64,000 nucleotides of DNA, taken from the NCBI GenBank assembly GCA_050916045.1, contig CP051526.1, positions 2,304,001-2,368,000 on the forward strand, written 5' to 3'. Under the pieces are notes generated by a model that searched no databases, was not told where the DNA came from, and worked only from the letters and a program-made list of their open reading frames with translations. Below are positions 39,372-49,129 of this stretch, in pieces; the first letter of the stretch is position 1, and every line of letters begins with the position of its first letter. This DNA comes from Tepidisphaera sp. (lineage in GTDB: Bacteria; Planctomycetota; Phycisphaerae; Phycisphaerales; UBA1924). Made by a program: the position numbers and the translations under genes.

Positions 39372-40520
39372 ATGCCCCGCGTCGAACGCGACGAATTTGT
39401 CGAGCCGGACCCGCCCTCCGGCGAGGTGGCCGACGGGATCGCGCACGGGGTGGCCAAGGGAAGGGGTGCGGGGCTCAACCCTGGAAACCGGTTCGAGACC
39501 ATCCGGCTTCACGTGCTGGGCGAAGAGCGCGACCGCGTGCGGACGGAGGAGGAGCCGTCCGCACGCGTCGTGACCCGCGTCGAGCCTGACACCACACGGT
39601 CCATCATCAACGAGGTGGATTCGCCGGATCTGTCGTTCTCGTGGACGCTCAACCCCTACCGCGGCTGCGAGCACGGGTGCGTCTACTGCTACGCCCGGCC
39701 GGGGCACGAATACCTCGGGATGTCGTGCGGGCTGGATTTCGAGACGCGGATCATGGCCAAGCACGACGCTCCGGCCCTCTTCCGCAAGCATCTGGCGTCG
39801 AGGTCTTGGCAGGGCGAACCGATCATGATGTCGGGCGTGACGGACCCGTACCAGCCGGTTGAGCGCGAGCTTGGGATCACGCGGGCGTGCCTCGAGGTTG
39901 CGGTCGAGTGCCGCCAGCCGGTCTCGATCATCACGAAGAACCGGCTGGTGACGCGGGATCTGGACCTGCTTCGCAGGCTCCATGAGCACCGGGCGTGCGC
40001 GGTGGCGATCAGTCTGACGAGCTTGGACAACGAGCTGGCGTCCAAGATGGAGCCTCGAGCGTCGTCGCCCTCGGCACGCCTCGAAGCGATCCGCGAGATC
40101 TCGCAAGCGGGAATCCCGGTCACCGTGATGACGGCGCCCATGATCCCGGGACTGAACGACCATGAGCTGCCGGCTCTGCTCGAAGCGGCTTCCAAAGCCG
40201 GGGCGACCAGCGCCGGATACGTCCTGCTTCGGCTGCCGCACCAGATCAAAGCGTTGTTTCTTGAGTGGCTCGCACGCCATGTGCCGGCCCGGGCGGCGAA
40301 GGTCGAGAGCCTGCTGAGACAGACGCGAGACGGAGACCTGTACGAATCGTCGTGGGGAACGCGGCTGAAGGGGCGGGGGCCGATCGCGGCGCGGATCCGC
40401 ACATGCTTTGACGTCTTCGCCAAGCGGCACGGTCTGGACGGGCGGAGGCAGTCGCTGAACTCGTCGGCGTTCCTCAAGCCGCGTGAAGACCGATCGCAGG
40501 GTCTGCTCTTCGGGGACTAA
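39372..40520 (+). CDS. Radical SAM protein, PA0069/Rv2578c family
   Basis: NPYRGCEHGCVYCYARP (CxxxCxxC), GVTDPYQPVE, MEPRA, PMIPGLND. Confidence 0.9.
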   Translation: MPRVERDEFVEPDPPSGEVADGIAHGVAKGRGAGLNPGNRFETIRLHVLGEERDRVRTEEEPSARVVTRVEPDTTRSIINEVDSPDLSFSWTLNPYRGCEHGCVYCYARPGHEYLGMSCGLDFETRIMAKHDAPALFRKHLASRSWQGEPIMMSGVTDPYQPVERELGITRACLEVAVECRQPVSIITKNRLVTRDLDLLRRLHEHRACAVAISLTSLDNELASKMEPRASSPSARLEAIREISQAGIPVTVMTAPMIPGLNDHELPALLEAASKAGATSAGYVLLRLPHQIKALFLEWLARHVPARAAKVESLLRQTRDGDLYESSWGTRLKGRGPIAARIRTCFDVFAKRHGLDGRRQSLNSSAFLKPREDRSQGLLFGD

Positions 40521-40529
40521 ACGAGGGAC

Positions 40530-42419
40530 TCAGCGGGGACGGTCGTCCTCGTGCTCATCGGAGCCGGGGGCGACGGTCGAGCCCGACGGGGAGATCAGAC
40601 CACCGGCGGACGCGGTGCCGTTGGTATCTCCGATGTCGTTGCTGAGCCACGCGGCTTCGGACCTGATGTCCGGGAGGCCGAAGGAGGGTCCGTACCACTC
40701 GGTGTAGTAGGGACCGTTGCTGAGACCGACGTAGCGGCAGAAATCAAAGTCGCGGCCGACGGGGGCGACGGCGGTGTCACCCATGCAAAGACGCTTGACG
40801 CCGAAGGGGTAACGGAAGGTGAAGGTCGTGCCGCGGACGTACAGACGGCCCATCGTGTCGAACCAGCGGAACATGGTGGCGGTCGAGCCGCGCGTCCGCA
40901 TTCCGACCTCATCGACCGCCGAGTCGACGAGGTAGAGCGACAACCCGCGCTTGAGCATGAAGACACAACCGACCCAGAACGCGCCATTGGAGTCGTCGAC
41001 GTTCGCGATCACGCGGGAGTTCTTGAGCAGGACGTGGTTGTTCGCGAAGAAGCCGAAGTTGGTGGAGAACGCCCCGGTGTACTGCTGGTTGCGGCGGGCG
41101 CAATCAGAGAGATCGATGGTGGAATTGACGAACGATGCGTGCGCGCCGTCACCGCTGATGAGGACGACTCCGCCGCGTTCGACGCGGAGCTGATCGAACC
41201 GGACGCCGTACGTTGAGGGATCCAGCGGATTGGTCGGGGGCGCCGCGTCGGTGATGCGGAACGGCGTGGAACGGTCACCGCACGCCGGGAAATAGCTGTA
41301 CACCGTGAGCCGGCGGATATCGAGGTTGCGGATGAACTGCCCCTGACTGCTGGTGCCGCAGCGGAAGCCGTGGATGTTACGGCTTGGGTTGAGCGGCTGA
41401 CCGTCCGGACGCATCAGCGAATAGCAGTGGGCAATGCAGTCCTCGATGAGGCCGGAATTGATCGTGTTCCCGCTTGAGAGGAAGCCGAAAGCATCGGCGG
41501 TGTTGTCGACGCGGAGGCCCATCAGGCCCGAAACAACGCAGCCGATGATGCTGTTTCCCTCGCCCGTTTCGCCGGTGAAGCCGATGCCGTGGTGGGAGGT
41601 GTCAACCGTGACACATTCCACAATCGAGCCGTTCACCGAGTGCTCCTGCGAGAAGCCGTACGAGCCCTGAAAGTCATTGAGCCAGAGATAGCTATGGAGC
41701 CCCTGGATCACGCAACCCACGCCCCGCGAGATCGTGAGGCCGCCGTTTTCGCCGTACGGCACGTACGCAACCTCGCCGTTGCCGGGATTGACGTCCTCGC
41801 CGGAAGCCGAGGAGACGTTGATGTGAAGCTGGGTCCCCGTGTAGAACCACGAGTAGGGCGTGGTTTCGACGAGCGCGATCGAGGTCACCGGGACGAGGTG
41901 GGCCAGGTGGCGGCCGCGGTTGTCGATGTTGACGTCCCAGTTCCAGACGACGCTCGCGAGGGCGAGACCGGCGGGAACGGTGGCGACGTAGCGGTGGGTC
42001 TTGCCGGCACGGGTCCAGCCGCGGACCGGCTTATCGCCGCGGAGCACGGCTTGCGAGAGTTTGAGGTTCGCGACGTTCGGATCATTCTCGGTCCACTGAC
42101 GGAAGGTCAGGGTGCGAGCCGGAGCCGCGAAGTCCATATTGAGGATGAGCGATTCGCGGAAGGTGCCGGCCATCAGCACCTCGGACCGGTCCTCAACCTC
42201 GCCGCGGCCGGTCGCCAGTTCAAACCGGTGCAGCGTGCGGAGCGGAGCGGCGGACGAGAGGCCGGAGTTGGAGTCATCGCCCAGTTCGCCGTGGATGTAC
42301 CACTTCTGCTGCGCGTGCGCACCGGAGGGGAACAGCGCGAGCATGAACACCACGAGGAAAGACACGCTCTGAAGCACGGACCCGACACGCGACCGCTTTG
42401 GCGTTGACGTGAACGACAT
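40530..42419 (-). CDS. Secreted protein, probable right-handed beta-helix (pectin-lyase-like) fold
   Basis: Signal peptide ending AHA; YIHGELGDDSNSG...PLRTL opening motif; repeated short beta strands. Confidence 0.65.
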   Translation of the reverse strand: MSFTSTPKRSRVGSVLQSVSFLVVFMLALFPSGAHAQQKWYIHGELGDDSNSGLSSAAPLRTLHRFELATGRGEVEDRSEVLMAGTFRESLILNMDFAAPARTLTFRQWTENDPNVANLKLSQAVLRGDKPVRGWTRAGKTHRYVATVPAGLALASVVWNWDVNIDNRGRHLAHLVPVTSIALVETTPYSWFYTGTQLHINVSSASGEDVNPGNGEVAYVPYGENGGLTISRGVGCVIQGLHSYLWLNDFQGSYGFSQEHSVNGSIVECVTVDTSHHGIGFTGETGEGNSIIGCVVSGLMGLRVDNTADAFGFLSSGNTINSGLIEDCIAHCYSLMRPDGQPLNPSRNIHGFRCGTSSQGQFIRNLDIRRLTVYSYFPACGDRSTPFRITDAAPPTNPLDPSTYGVRFDQLRVERGGVVLISGDGAHASFVNSTIDLSDCARRNQQYTGAFSTNFGFFANNHVLLKNSRVIANVDDSNGAFWVGCVFMLKRGLSLYLVDSAVDEVGMRTRGSTATMFRWFDTMGRLYVRGTTFTFRYPFGVKRLCMGDTAVAPVGRDFDFCRYVGLSNGPYYTEWYGPSFGLPDIRSEAAWLSNDIGDTNGTASAGGLISPSGSTVAPGSDEHEDDRPR

Positions 42420-42641
42420 AACGAACCCTCCCCCCCACCCTGCGATCCGAGCCGGCTCGGGCGCCACCAGAACGGCGATTCGCCCGAGACTCCGGAGTCA
42501 TCCGAGAAATGCCGGACGACTCCCAGAACAACGCACCATCAGGCCGAGCAATGCTCATCGTACCAGCCGGAAACGACCGATCGCCGCGATCTTCACCTCG
42601 GGAGAGCCATTTGACTGGCTCGCGACACCTAGGATCCGCCG

Positions 42642-44627
42642 ATGCGTTCGATTCCACCGCCGAGCCGCGTCCGATATACCGAGTACTTGGGGCGCACCGG
42701 GAGCGCGGGCTCGGAGACCAAACCAGCTAAGAAAGACGCGAACGGGAAGTCCGGGCGCGGCTTTTTCACCCTTCTTTGGAAGTTATTCGCCGAATTGGGG
42801 CCGGGCAGATTCACATTGGCGGTTTCGTTGGGCACGCTTTCGGTATCCACGGGCCTCGCCTTGCTCCTGCCGAGTGCGACCAAGTTCGCCGTGGACTACG
42901 CGGTGACGGACAATCCGGGGCCGGCGGGGCTGCCGCCGTGGGTGCCGATCCGGGACCGGGTGGCTCTGCTCTGGACCATCGGCGCCCTGATGATGCTGAT
43001 TTCGGTGGTGGCGGTGGTTGTGGGGATGTGGGGCCGGTGGCAGATGACGCGGATGACGCATCTTCTGAAAGCCCGGCTGCGGCGGCGGGCGTTCGGCCAC
43101 GCGGTGAACCTGCCGCTTCACCGGATCCAGTCGCTGAAGACGGGCGGGGTGGCCGGTTTGCTCCGGGAGGACGCCGGAGCGGCGGGCGACCTGCTTTTCA
43201 CCCTGATCTACAACCCCTGGCGGGCGATCATTCAGTTGGTCGGCACGCTTGGGATTTTGGCGCTCGTGGACATCAAGATGCTTGTCGGCGGGCTTGCGAT
43301 CATTCCGGCGACGTGGCTGACGCACCGGCAGTGGATCAACAAGATCAGGCCGCTTTACCGTGACGTGAAGGAGACGAGGTCGACGACGGATGCGCACTCG
43401 ACGGAGACGTTCGCGGGGGTTCGGGTGGTGCGCGGGTTTGCTCGCGGCGCGACCGAATCGAGGCGGTTCGCGCTCGGGAACCACATGATGGGCCGGCAAG
43501 AGGTGCTGATCTGGTGGCGGAGCCGGGTGCTCGAAATCGTGTGGGCGTTCCTGGTGCCGGGAGCGTCGGTGGCGGTGCTTCTGTACGGCGGGTCGCGGGT
43601 GATCAAGGGTGACCTGACGATCGGCGACGTCTTCATGTTCTCGGCGTACGTCCTGATGCTTCTGGGGCCGCTTGAGACGCTCACAAGCACGGCGACGAGC
43701 GTGCAGACGAACCTTGCGGCGTACGACCGGGTGCTTGACCTGATGGAAGAGCCCAAGGAGTTTCACGGTCAGCCGGCCGGCGTGCCGCTTTCGAGGATCA
43801 CCACCAAGGGGCGGATCGAGTTCCAGAACGTCTGGTTCGCGTACCCCAAGCGTGAGAAAGCCAAGGCCGTGGCGGACGCAGCGAGCACGCCTGCAGCCGC
43901 CGCCGAGCCTGACTGGGTGCTCAAGGATGTGTCCTTCGTGGCCGAGCCGGGGACCACGACGGCGTTGGTGGGAGCGAGCGGGTCTGGAAAGACGACGCTT
44001 TCGAATCTGGTCGCACGGTTCGACGATCCGCAGAAGGGGCGGGTGCTGCTGGACGGAGCGGAGTTGACGGCGATTGATGTCGGGTCGTACCGACGGCTGA
44101 TGGGGATCGTGGAGCAGGACGTGTTCCTGTTTGACGGGACGATCGCGGACAACATCGCGTATGGGCGACGGGACGCGACGGATGAGCAGGTTCGGTCGGC
44201 GGCGAAGGCGGCGCACGCTTCGGAGTTCATCGAGCGACTGGAGCAGGGTTACTCGACGATGATCGGGGAACGGGGCGTGCGGCTTTCCGGGGGGCAGCGC
44301 CAGCGGCTTGCGATTGCGAGGGCGCTGCTCGCGGACCCGGTCGTGCTGATTCTCGACGAAGCGACGAGCAACCTGGACTCGGAGAGCGAAGCGTTGATCC
44401 AGCAGAGCCTGGGGCGGCTGATGCGCGGGCGGACGAGCTTTGTGATCGCGCACCGGCTGAGCACGATTCGAAAGGCGGATCAGATCCTCGTGCTCGACCA
44501 GGGGCGGATTGTGGAGCGCGGCACGCACGACGAGCTGCTGGCCCGGGGCGGGCGCTATGCGACGCTTCTGAGCAAGCAGGTTGAGGAAGACCCGGTGGGT
44601 CCGTCGGCGACGGTCGCGAACTCGTGA
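42642..44627 (+). CDS. ABC exporter, fused permease/ATPase (MsbA-like)
   Basis: N-terminal TM domain; GASGSGKTT, LSGGQRQR, ILDEATSNLD, IAHRLSTI. Confidence 0.92.
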   Translation: MRSIPPPSRVRYTEYLGRTGSAGSETKPAKKDANGKSGRGFFTLLWKLFAELGPGRFTLAVSLGTLSVSTGLALLLPSATKFAVDYAVTDNPGPAGLPPWVPIRDRVALLWTIGALMMLISVVAVVVGMWGRWQMTRMTHLLKARLRRRAFGHAVNLPLHRIQSLKTGGVAGLLREDAGAAGDLLFTLIYNPWRAIIQLVGTLGILALVDIKMLVGGLAIIPATWLTHRQWINKIRPLYRDVKETRSTTDAHSTETFAGVRVVRGFARGATESRRFALGNHMMGRQEVLIWWRSRVLEIVWAFLVPGASVAVLLYGGSRVIKGDLTIGDVFMFSAYVLMLLGPLETLTSTATSVQTNLAAYDRVLDLMEEPKEFHGQPAGVPLSRITTKGRIEFQNVWFAYPKREKAKAVADAASTPAAAAEPDWVLKDVSFVAEPGTTTALVGASGSGKTTLSNLVARFDDPQKGRVLLDGAELTAIDVGSYRRLMGIVEQDVFLFDGTIADNIAYGRRDATDEQVRSAAKAAHASEFIERLEQGYSTMIGERGVRLSGGQRQRLAIARALLADPVVLILDEATSNLDSESEALIQQSLGRLMRGRTSFVIAHRLSTIRKADQILVLDQGRIVERGTHDELLARGGRYATLLSKQVEEDPVGPSATVANS

Positions 44628-44670
44628 GCCAGAGGGCCGCGTCGAGCGACGCGTCTTGCGGCCGACCCAG

Positions 44671-44688
44671 TTTCACCGAATCTTAAGT
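44671..44688 (+). promoter_or_regulatory. Candidate Pho-box-like operator upstream of phoD
   Basis: TTTCACC (44671) and CTTAAGT (44682) 11 bp apart; CCGAATCTTAA matches the pstS upstream motif at 10/11. Confidence 0.4.
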
Positions 44689-44790
44689 GCCTCCGCCCGT
44701 AGGTCGGTCGCCCGCCGAAGGGTGCCGGTGGTACATTCAGCCGTGCCGCTTCGCGTCGGTTCGCGGACGGCCGAGCTGAAAGCAAACACC

Positions 44791-45888
44791 ATGACGAATC
44801 GCTACGGACGGATTGTGCGGTCGATCGCGAAGCTTGTTCTTTCGGGGGCCGCTTGCGGATTCTGGCTGAGCGGATCCGGATGCGCGGTGGACGTCTCGAG
44901 CGGAGCGAATCGGGTGGAGACGGCCGCCGACGACATCGCCAACGACCCCAGAACGATCAGCCGGATCGCCATCATCGGCTGCCATCAGCAGCCGGACCCC
45001 GCTCCCGCGCTGGTGCGGTATGTCGAGGCCAAGCCGCAGCTCACCCTGTGGGTCGGCGACAACGTCTACGCGGACACCAAGGATGACCCGTCGCACATCG
45101 AGCGCTGCTACGCCGTGCTTGAATCCAAGCCCGGGTTCAAGGAATTGCGGGATATCTCGACGTTCATGGCTGTCTGGGACGACCATGACTACGGCCTCAA
45201 CGACGGGGGCAACGACTACTCGCTCCGAGAGAAGAGCCAGGCGATCTTTCGGAAGTTCTGGCGGCACGAGAACAGGATCCCGGCGGATCGTCCGGGCGTG
45301 TACCACGCGCAGATCTTCGGAGAAGCCGGACGACGCTTGCAGGTGATCATGCTCGACGGACGGTTCAATCGGGAGATCCCAGGCGAGAATGCGGACACCC
45401 TCGGCGAGCCTCAGTGGCGGTGGCTTGAAGAGCAGTTGCGGAAGCCGGCGGAGCTTCGCCTGATCGTGTCCGGATACCAGGTGCTTCTTGATCGCGAGAC
45501 GAAGTTTGAGACCTGGGCCAAGTTTCCGTCGGCACGCGAGCGGCTCTTCAAGCTGATCCGTGAGAGCAAAGCCGAGGGTGTGGTTTTCGTCGCGGGAGAT
45601 CAGCACTACGGGGAGGTGAGCAGGATCCGCGGGGCGATCGGGTATGACGCGGTGGAGCTGATGTTCGCCGGGATCAACCAGGACGAGTCGTGGGTGTACA
45701 ACTCCGCCCGGGTCTCGCCCGTCGCCAACTCCAAGCACTCGTATGCCCACGTGGATGTGCAGTGGCAGGCGACGAGCGGGGACAACTCCGATCCGGCGCA
45801 CCTGCTTTTCCGGTGCTTTGATGCGGAGACGGGCGCTCTCGAACTGACGTACCGCGTGAATCTGAGCGAACTCAAGATGCAGCGATGA
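44791..45888 (+). CDS. phoD: Alkaline phosphatase D family protein (probable lipoprotein)
   Basis: GDNVYAD, WDDHDYG, MLDGR, LGEPQWRWL, ETW, GDQH; lipobox-like SGSGC. Confidence 0.88.
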   Translation: MTNRYGRIVRSIAKLVLSGAACGFWLSGSGCAVDVSSGANRVETAADDIANDPRTISRIAIIGCHQQPDPAPALVRYVEAKPQLTLWVGDNVYADTKDDPSHIERCYAVLESKPGFKELRDISTFMAVWDDHDYGLNDGGNDYSLREKSQAIFRKFWRHENRIPADRPGVYHAQIFGEAGRRLQVIMLDGRFNREIPGENADTLGEPQWRWLEEQLRKPAELRLIVSGYQVLLDRETKFETWAKFPSARERLFKLIRESKAEGVVFVAGDQHYGEVSRIRGAIGYDAVELMFAGINQDESWVYNSARVSPVANSKHSYAHVDVQWQATSGDNSDPAHLLFRCFDAETGALELTYRVNLSELKMQR

Positions 45889-45995
45889 TCACGTCGCAAC
45901 GCCCGATTCTCGACGCCGGGCACCTCGGCCGCGGAAGTCGCACGAGTCCGCAGAGGATCAATCCGGTGGTCGGCCTCAGGCCGAGCGGATGTCGC

Positions 45996-47063
45996 TCAGC
46001 ACGTCCCTGCTTCGAAATCACGGACGTACGCGTCGTAGTCGAAGAAGTCGGCGAAGCCATCGCCGTTGTAGTCGGCCGTTCGCTCGGGAAGGGTCTGCGG
46101 ACAGTCGCCGAGTTCGAAGCAGTCGACGTACGCGACGTAGTCGAAGAAATCCGTGAAGCCGTCGTTGTTGAAATCCGACCGGCAGAAGACGTCGACGCGC
46201 ACCGCTCCGGTATGCGAGCAAAGGGTGAAGAGCGTGTAGTCGCCTGAATCCTCGGGCCGCGAATTCTGGATCGTGAGAGCCGCGGTCTCGGTGCCGCGGA
46301 ACCGCCGGGAGTCGTGCAACTCGGTTCCGTTGCGGAACCACTGCCACGTGGAGGAGTCGCCCGTGGTGGCGAGCGTGACTGTCGTCCCGGCGAGGACGGC
46401 CCGCGAGGGCGGGGTCGTCACCTGCTGTCCCACGCAGGGGCTGCCGCCGACGTAGACCCACGCTCCGTCGACGCCGAAATCCGCGAGGGTTCGGGTCGCG
46501 GGATCGATCGGGTTGAGGTATACGGTGACGAGTTCGTTGCGGATCTGCTCCCACGGGATGCGGATGTGCAGGAGCCCGGCTTCGTTCGGGGTGGTCACCG
46601 TGAAGCGGAAGACCTCGGCCGGATTGGAGATGTTTGCGGGCTGCCCGATCTGCGGCGGTCGCTGGCCGGAGATGATGCCCATGGTGGTTGAGTCGGCGGC
46701 GTCGCGGGTGTCGTCGATCCGGAACCCGGTGGCGGTCGTGAAGACCGCGAGCGTCTGGGCTCCGAAGTTGAAGGGAGCGATGCGGCGCGGGTTGGTCGCC
46801 GTCAGGCCGGTGAAACCGGTCCGATCCCCGCGGATGTTGTAGACGGCGTTTGCGAACGCGGCTCCTTCGTTGAAGCGGGCGACCACGCGGACATCGACGG
46901 CCTGAAGGGGACCGGTCGCGAGGAATCGCGAGAACGAACCAGTTCCTTGCGGGGCGACCTCGATGCCGAGGACCGCTCCGAGGGATTGCTGCGCGTGAGC
47001 GCTGGCGGCAAGGAGACCGCCCGAGAGAAGAGCCGCAAGAGGCACGCACCGAATCGACGCCAT
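45996..47063 (-). CDS. Secreted protein with Ig-like domain, GC-type dockerin-anchored
   Basis: GGAGG RBS; signal peptide; WQWFRNG...LTI...DSGDY Ig motif; CRSDFNNDGFTDFFDY...FEAGTC. Confidence 0.82.
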   Translation of the reverse strand: MASIRCVPLAALLSGGLLAASAHAQQSLGAVLGIEVAPQGTGSFSRFLATGPLQAVDVRVVARFNEGAAFANAVYNIRGDRTGFTGLTATNPRRIAPFNFGAQTLAVFTTATGFRIDDTRDAADSTTMGIISGQRPPQIGQPANISNPAEVFRFTVTTPNEAGLLHIRIPWEQIRNELVTVYLNPIDPATRTLADFGVDGAWVYVGGSPCVGQQVTTPPSRAVLAGTTVTLATTGDSSTWQWFRNGTELHDSRRFRGTETAALTIQNSRPEDSGDYTLFTLCSHTGAVRVDVFCRSDFNNDGFTDFFDYVAYVDCFELGDCPQTLPERTADYNGDGFADFFDYDAYVRDFEAGTC

Positions 47064-47204
47064 TGGGTTACCTCCGTCTTCAGATGAAAGCTGGGCCGCG
47101 AGGGTGTGCTTGTGCGGCCGGGCACCTCCAAGTGTACCAGAAGCGGCGGCGGGGCGCGGCGAAACCTGTCGCGGTCCGGAGCACGTGCGCCTACCGTTGC
47201 GATT

Positions 47205-47347
47205 CGTGCTGGGGAGTAGCCTCCCGTCCGAGTCCCGCCGCGGTTCGGCGGTCGGAGGGTGGAATCGGTCGTCACCACGGAGCGATCCCGGATCGCTCCC
47301 GGCCGTTCGTTGCGTCCCTGTGGGACGCAAAGCGCAAGACCAACACG
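47205..47347 (+). ncRNA. yybP-ykoY manganese riboswitch
   Basis: GGGGAGTAGC (47211-47220), CGTCACCAC loop, GCAAGACC; closing stem CGTGCTGG/CCAACACG; directly upstream of a TerC/Alx gene. Confidence 0.85.
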
Positions 47348-47410
47348 GCTCGGGCGACGCTCGCGACGCGCTCCGACTTGGGTGTGCCGCGCGTAAAGGA
47401 CCCTTGAACG

Positions 47411-48535
47411 ATGGTTCTCCCCCACCTTTCGAACGCCGTCTGCAGCCTCCCCTTCAGCGTGCTGGCCGAGTCGTCCGTTCCCGGCGGCATCTTTTGGTTC
47501 TACGTGGGGTTCGTCGCGCTTGTTCTGGTGTTCCTCGCCCTGGACCTTGGCGTCTTCCATCGGCACGCCCACGTGGTCTCCGCGAAGGAAGCCGCGACCT
47601 GGTCGCTTGTCTGGGCTTCGTGCGCTCTGCTCTTCACGATCTTTGTGTACTACGGCTATGAGAATCACTGGCTGGGTTTGGGCCAGAATGTCCCTGTCGT
47701 GGGCAAACCGGGCGAGACGATCACGTTGAGCGGGCGGGCGGCGGCGGAGCAGTACCTGACGGGGTACATCATCGAGTGGTCGCTTTCGGTCGACAACCTG
47801 TTCGTGATCGCGGTGATCTTTTCGTACTTCGCGGTGCCGGCGATCTACCAGCACCGGGTGCTTTTCTGGGGCATCATGGGGGCTTTGGTGATGAGGGGCG
47901 CGATGATCGCGGTCGGCTCGGCCCTGATCCAGAACTTCAGCTGGGTGACGTACCTGTTCGGCGGATTCCTGATCCTGACGGGCATCAAGATGGCGATGTC
48001 GGGGGAGGACGGCGTGCACCCCGACAAGAACGTGCTGGTGCGGATGGTCCGCAAGTTCCTGCCGGTGACGTCGCATTATGACGGGCAGCATTTCCTGACG
48101 CGGGCACCGGACAAAGCCGGCGTGGTCCGCCTTCACGCGACCCCCCTGCTGCTGGCGCTGGTCGTGGTCGAGTTTACGGATCTGATCTTCGCGGTGGACT
48201 CGGTGCCGGCGATCTTCGGGATCACCGGGGACCCGTTCATCGTGCTGACGTCCAACGTCTTCGCGATTCTGGGGCTCCGCTCGCTTTACTTCCTGCTGGC
48301 GAAGATGCTGGGGACGTTCCGGTACCTCAAGCCGGCGCTGGTGCTGATCCTGCTTTTCGTGGGGACGAAGATGCTGCTGGTGCACACGCAGTACAAGGTC
48401 GACACGACGGTGTCGCTGATCGTGGTGGTCGGGCTGCTCGGGGCGGGCATCGCGGCTTCGCTGCTGATTCCGCACAAGGACTCTCCGGCGGACGATCCGG
48501 AGGTCAGCCCCGAGGATCGCGCAAAGCAGGAGTGA
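47411..48535 (+). CDS. TerC/Alx family metal homeostasis membrane protein
   Basis: LALDLGVFHR, YLTGYIIEWSLSVDNLFV, QHRVLFWGI, EFTDLIFAVDSVPAI, SNVFAILGLRSLYF. Confidence 0.93.
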   Translation: MVLPHLSNAVCSLPFSVLAESSVPGGIFWFYVGFVALVLVFLALDLGVFHRHAHVVSAKEAATWSLVWASCALLFTIFVYYGYENHWLGLGQNVPVVGKPGETITLSGRAAAEQYLTGYIIEWSLSVDNLFVIAVIFSYFAVPAIYQHRVLFWGIMGALVMRGAMIAVGSALIQNFSWVTYLFGGFLILTGIKMAMSGEDGVHPDKNVLVRMVRKFLPVTSHYDGQHFLTRAPDKAGVVRLHATPLLLALVVVEFTDLIFAVDSVPAIFGITGDPFIVLTSNVFAILGLRSLYFLLAKMLGTFRYLKPALVLILLFVGTKMLLVHTQYKVDTTVSLIVVVGLLGAGIAASLLIPHKDSPADDPEVSPEDRAKQE

Positions 48536-48581
48536 GCGTGGTATCGTGTCCCTCGCCGAGTTGGCGCCGCACGGAGGTCCG

Positions 48582-49034
48582 ATGAAGTACGACAGCCCCC
48601 TGCCCTATGAGAAATCCCGCATCCACGCCGCGGCGCTGTACTGCTCCGACGGCCGTATGGGTGAGCACTTCGACGACTTCCTTCAGAACGGACTCTCGCT
48701 GCCGCGGTATGACCGCGTGTCGCTGCCCGGCGGGCCGGCGTGCTTGGCGGGGCATCCGCAAGCGTCGCTGGAAGAGAAGGGAGTCGTCGATGAGCTTCAG
48801 TTCCTGGTCGAGGTGCACCAACTCCGGCGCGTGGTGCTGATCGCGCACCAGTCGTGCGCGTTCTACTCGTCGCGGCTGGAACTCAAAGAGCCGCGGCTTG
48901 AGCTCATGCAGCGGGCCGACCTTGTGCGAGCGGCGGCGATCGTGCACCGCGTGACGGGCCTGGACAACATCGATGCGTACTACGCGCGGATGAGCGACCA
49001 CGGCAGGATCACGTTTGAGCGGGTCGAGGCGTAA
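48582..49034 (+). CDS. Putative beta-class carbonic anhydrase-like metalloprotein
   Basis: GGAGG RBS; CSDGR (CxDxR), SLPGG, HQSC (HxxC) zinc ligands. Confidence 0.65.
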   Translation: MKYDSPLPYEKSRIHAAALYCSDGRMGEHFDDFLQNGLSLPRYDRVSLPGGPACLAGHPQASLEEKGVVDELQFLVEVHQLRRVVLIAHQSCAFYSSRLELKEPRLELMQRADLVRAAAIVHRVTGLDNIDAYYARMSDHGRITFERVEA

Positions 49035-49042
49035 GAAAGACC

Positions 49043-49112
49043 AAAGAGACGATCGCGCGAGCGGTCGCCTCGGCGCTCGGAGAAGATCGACCGCTCGCGC
49101 GGTCGTCTCTTT
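49043..49112. repeat. Inverted pair of REP-like hairpin elements (probable bidirectional terminator)
   Basis: AAAGAGACGATCGCGCGAGCGGTCG...CGACCGCTCGCGCGGTCGTCTCTTT; same unit as 27028-27051. Confidence 0.65.
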
Positions 49113-49129
49113 CAAAACCTCACCATCGG

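Noticed and set aside
39315..40430. Long N-terminal extension of the MFS ORF (37965-40430)
   Set aside because: It is the antisense shadow of the radical SAM gene; hydrophobic MFS sequence begins near 39314.
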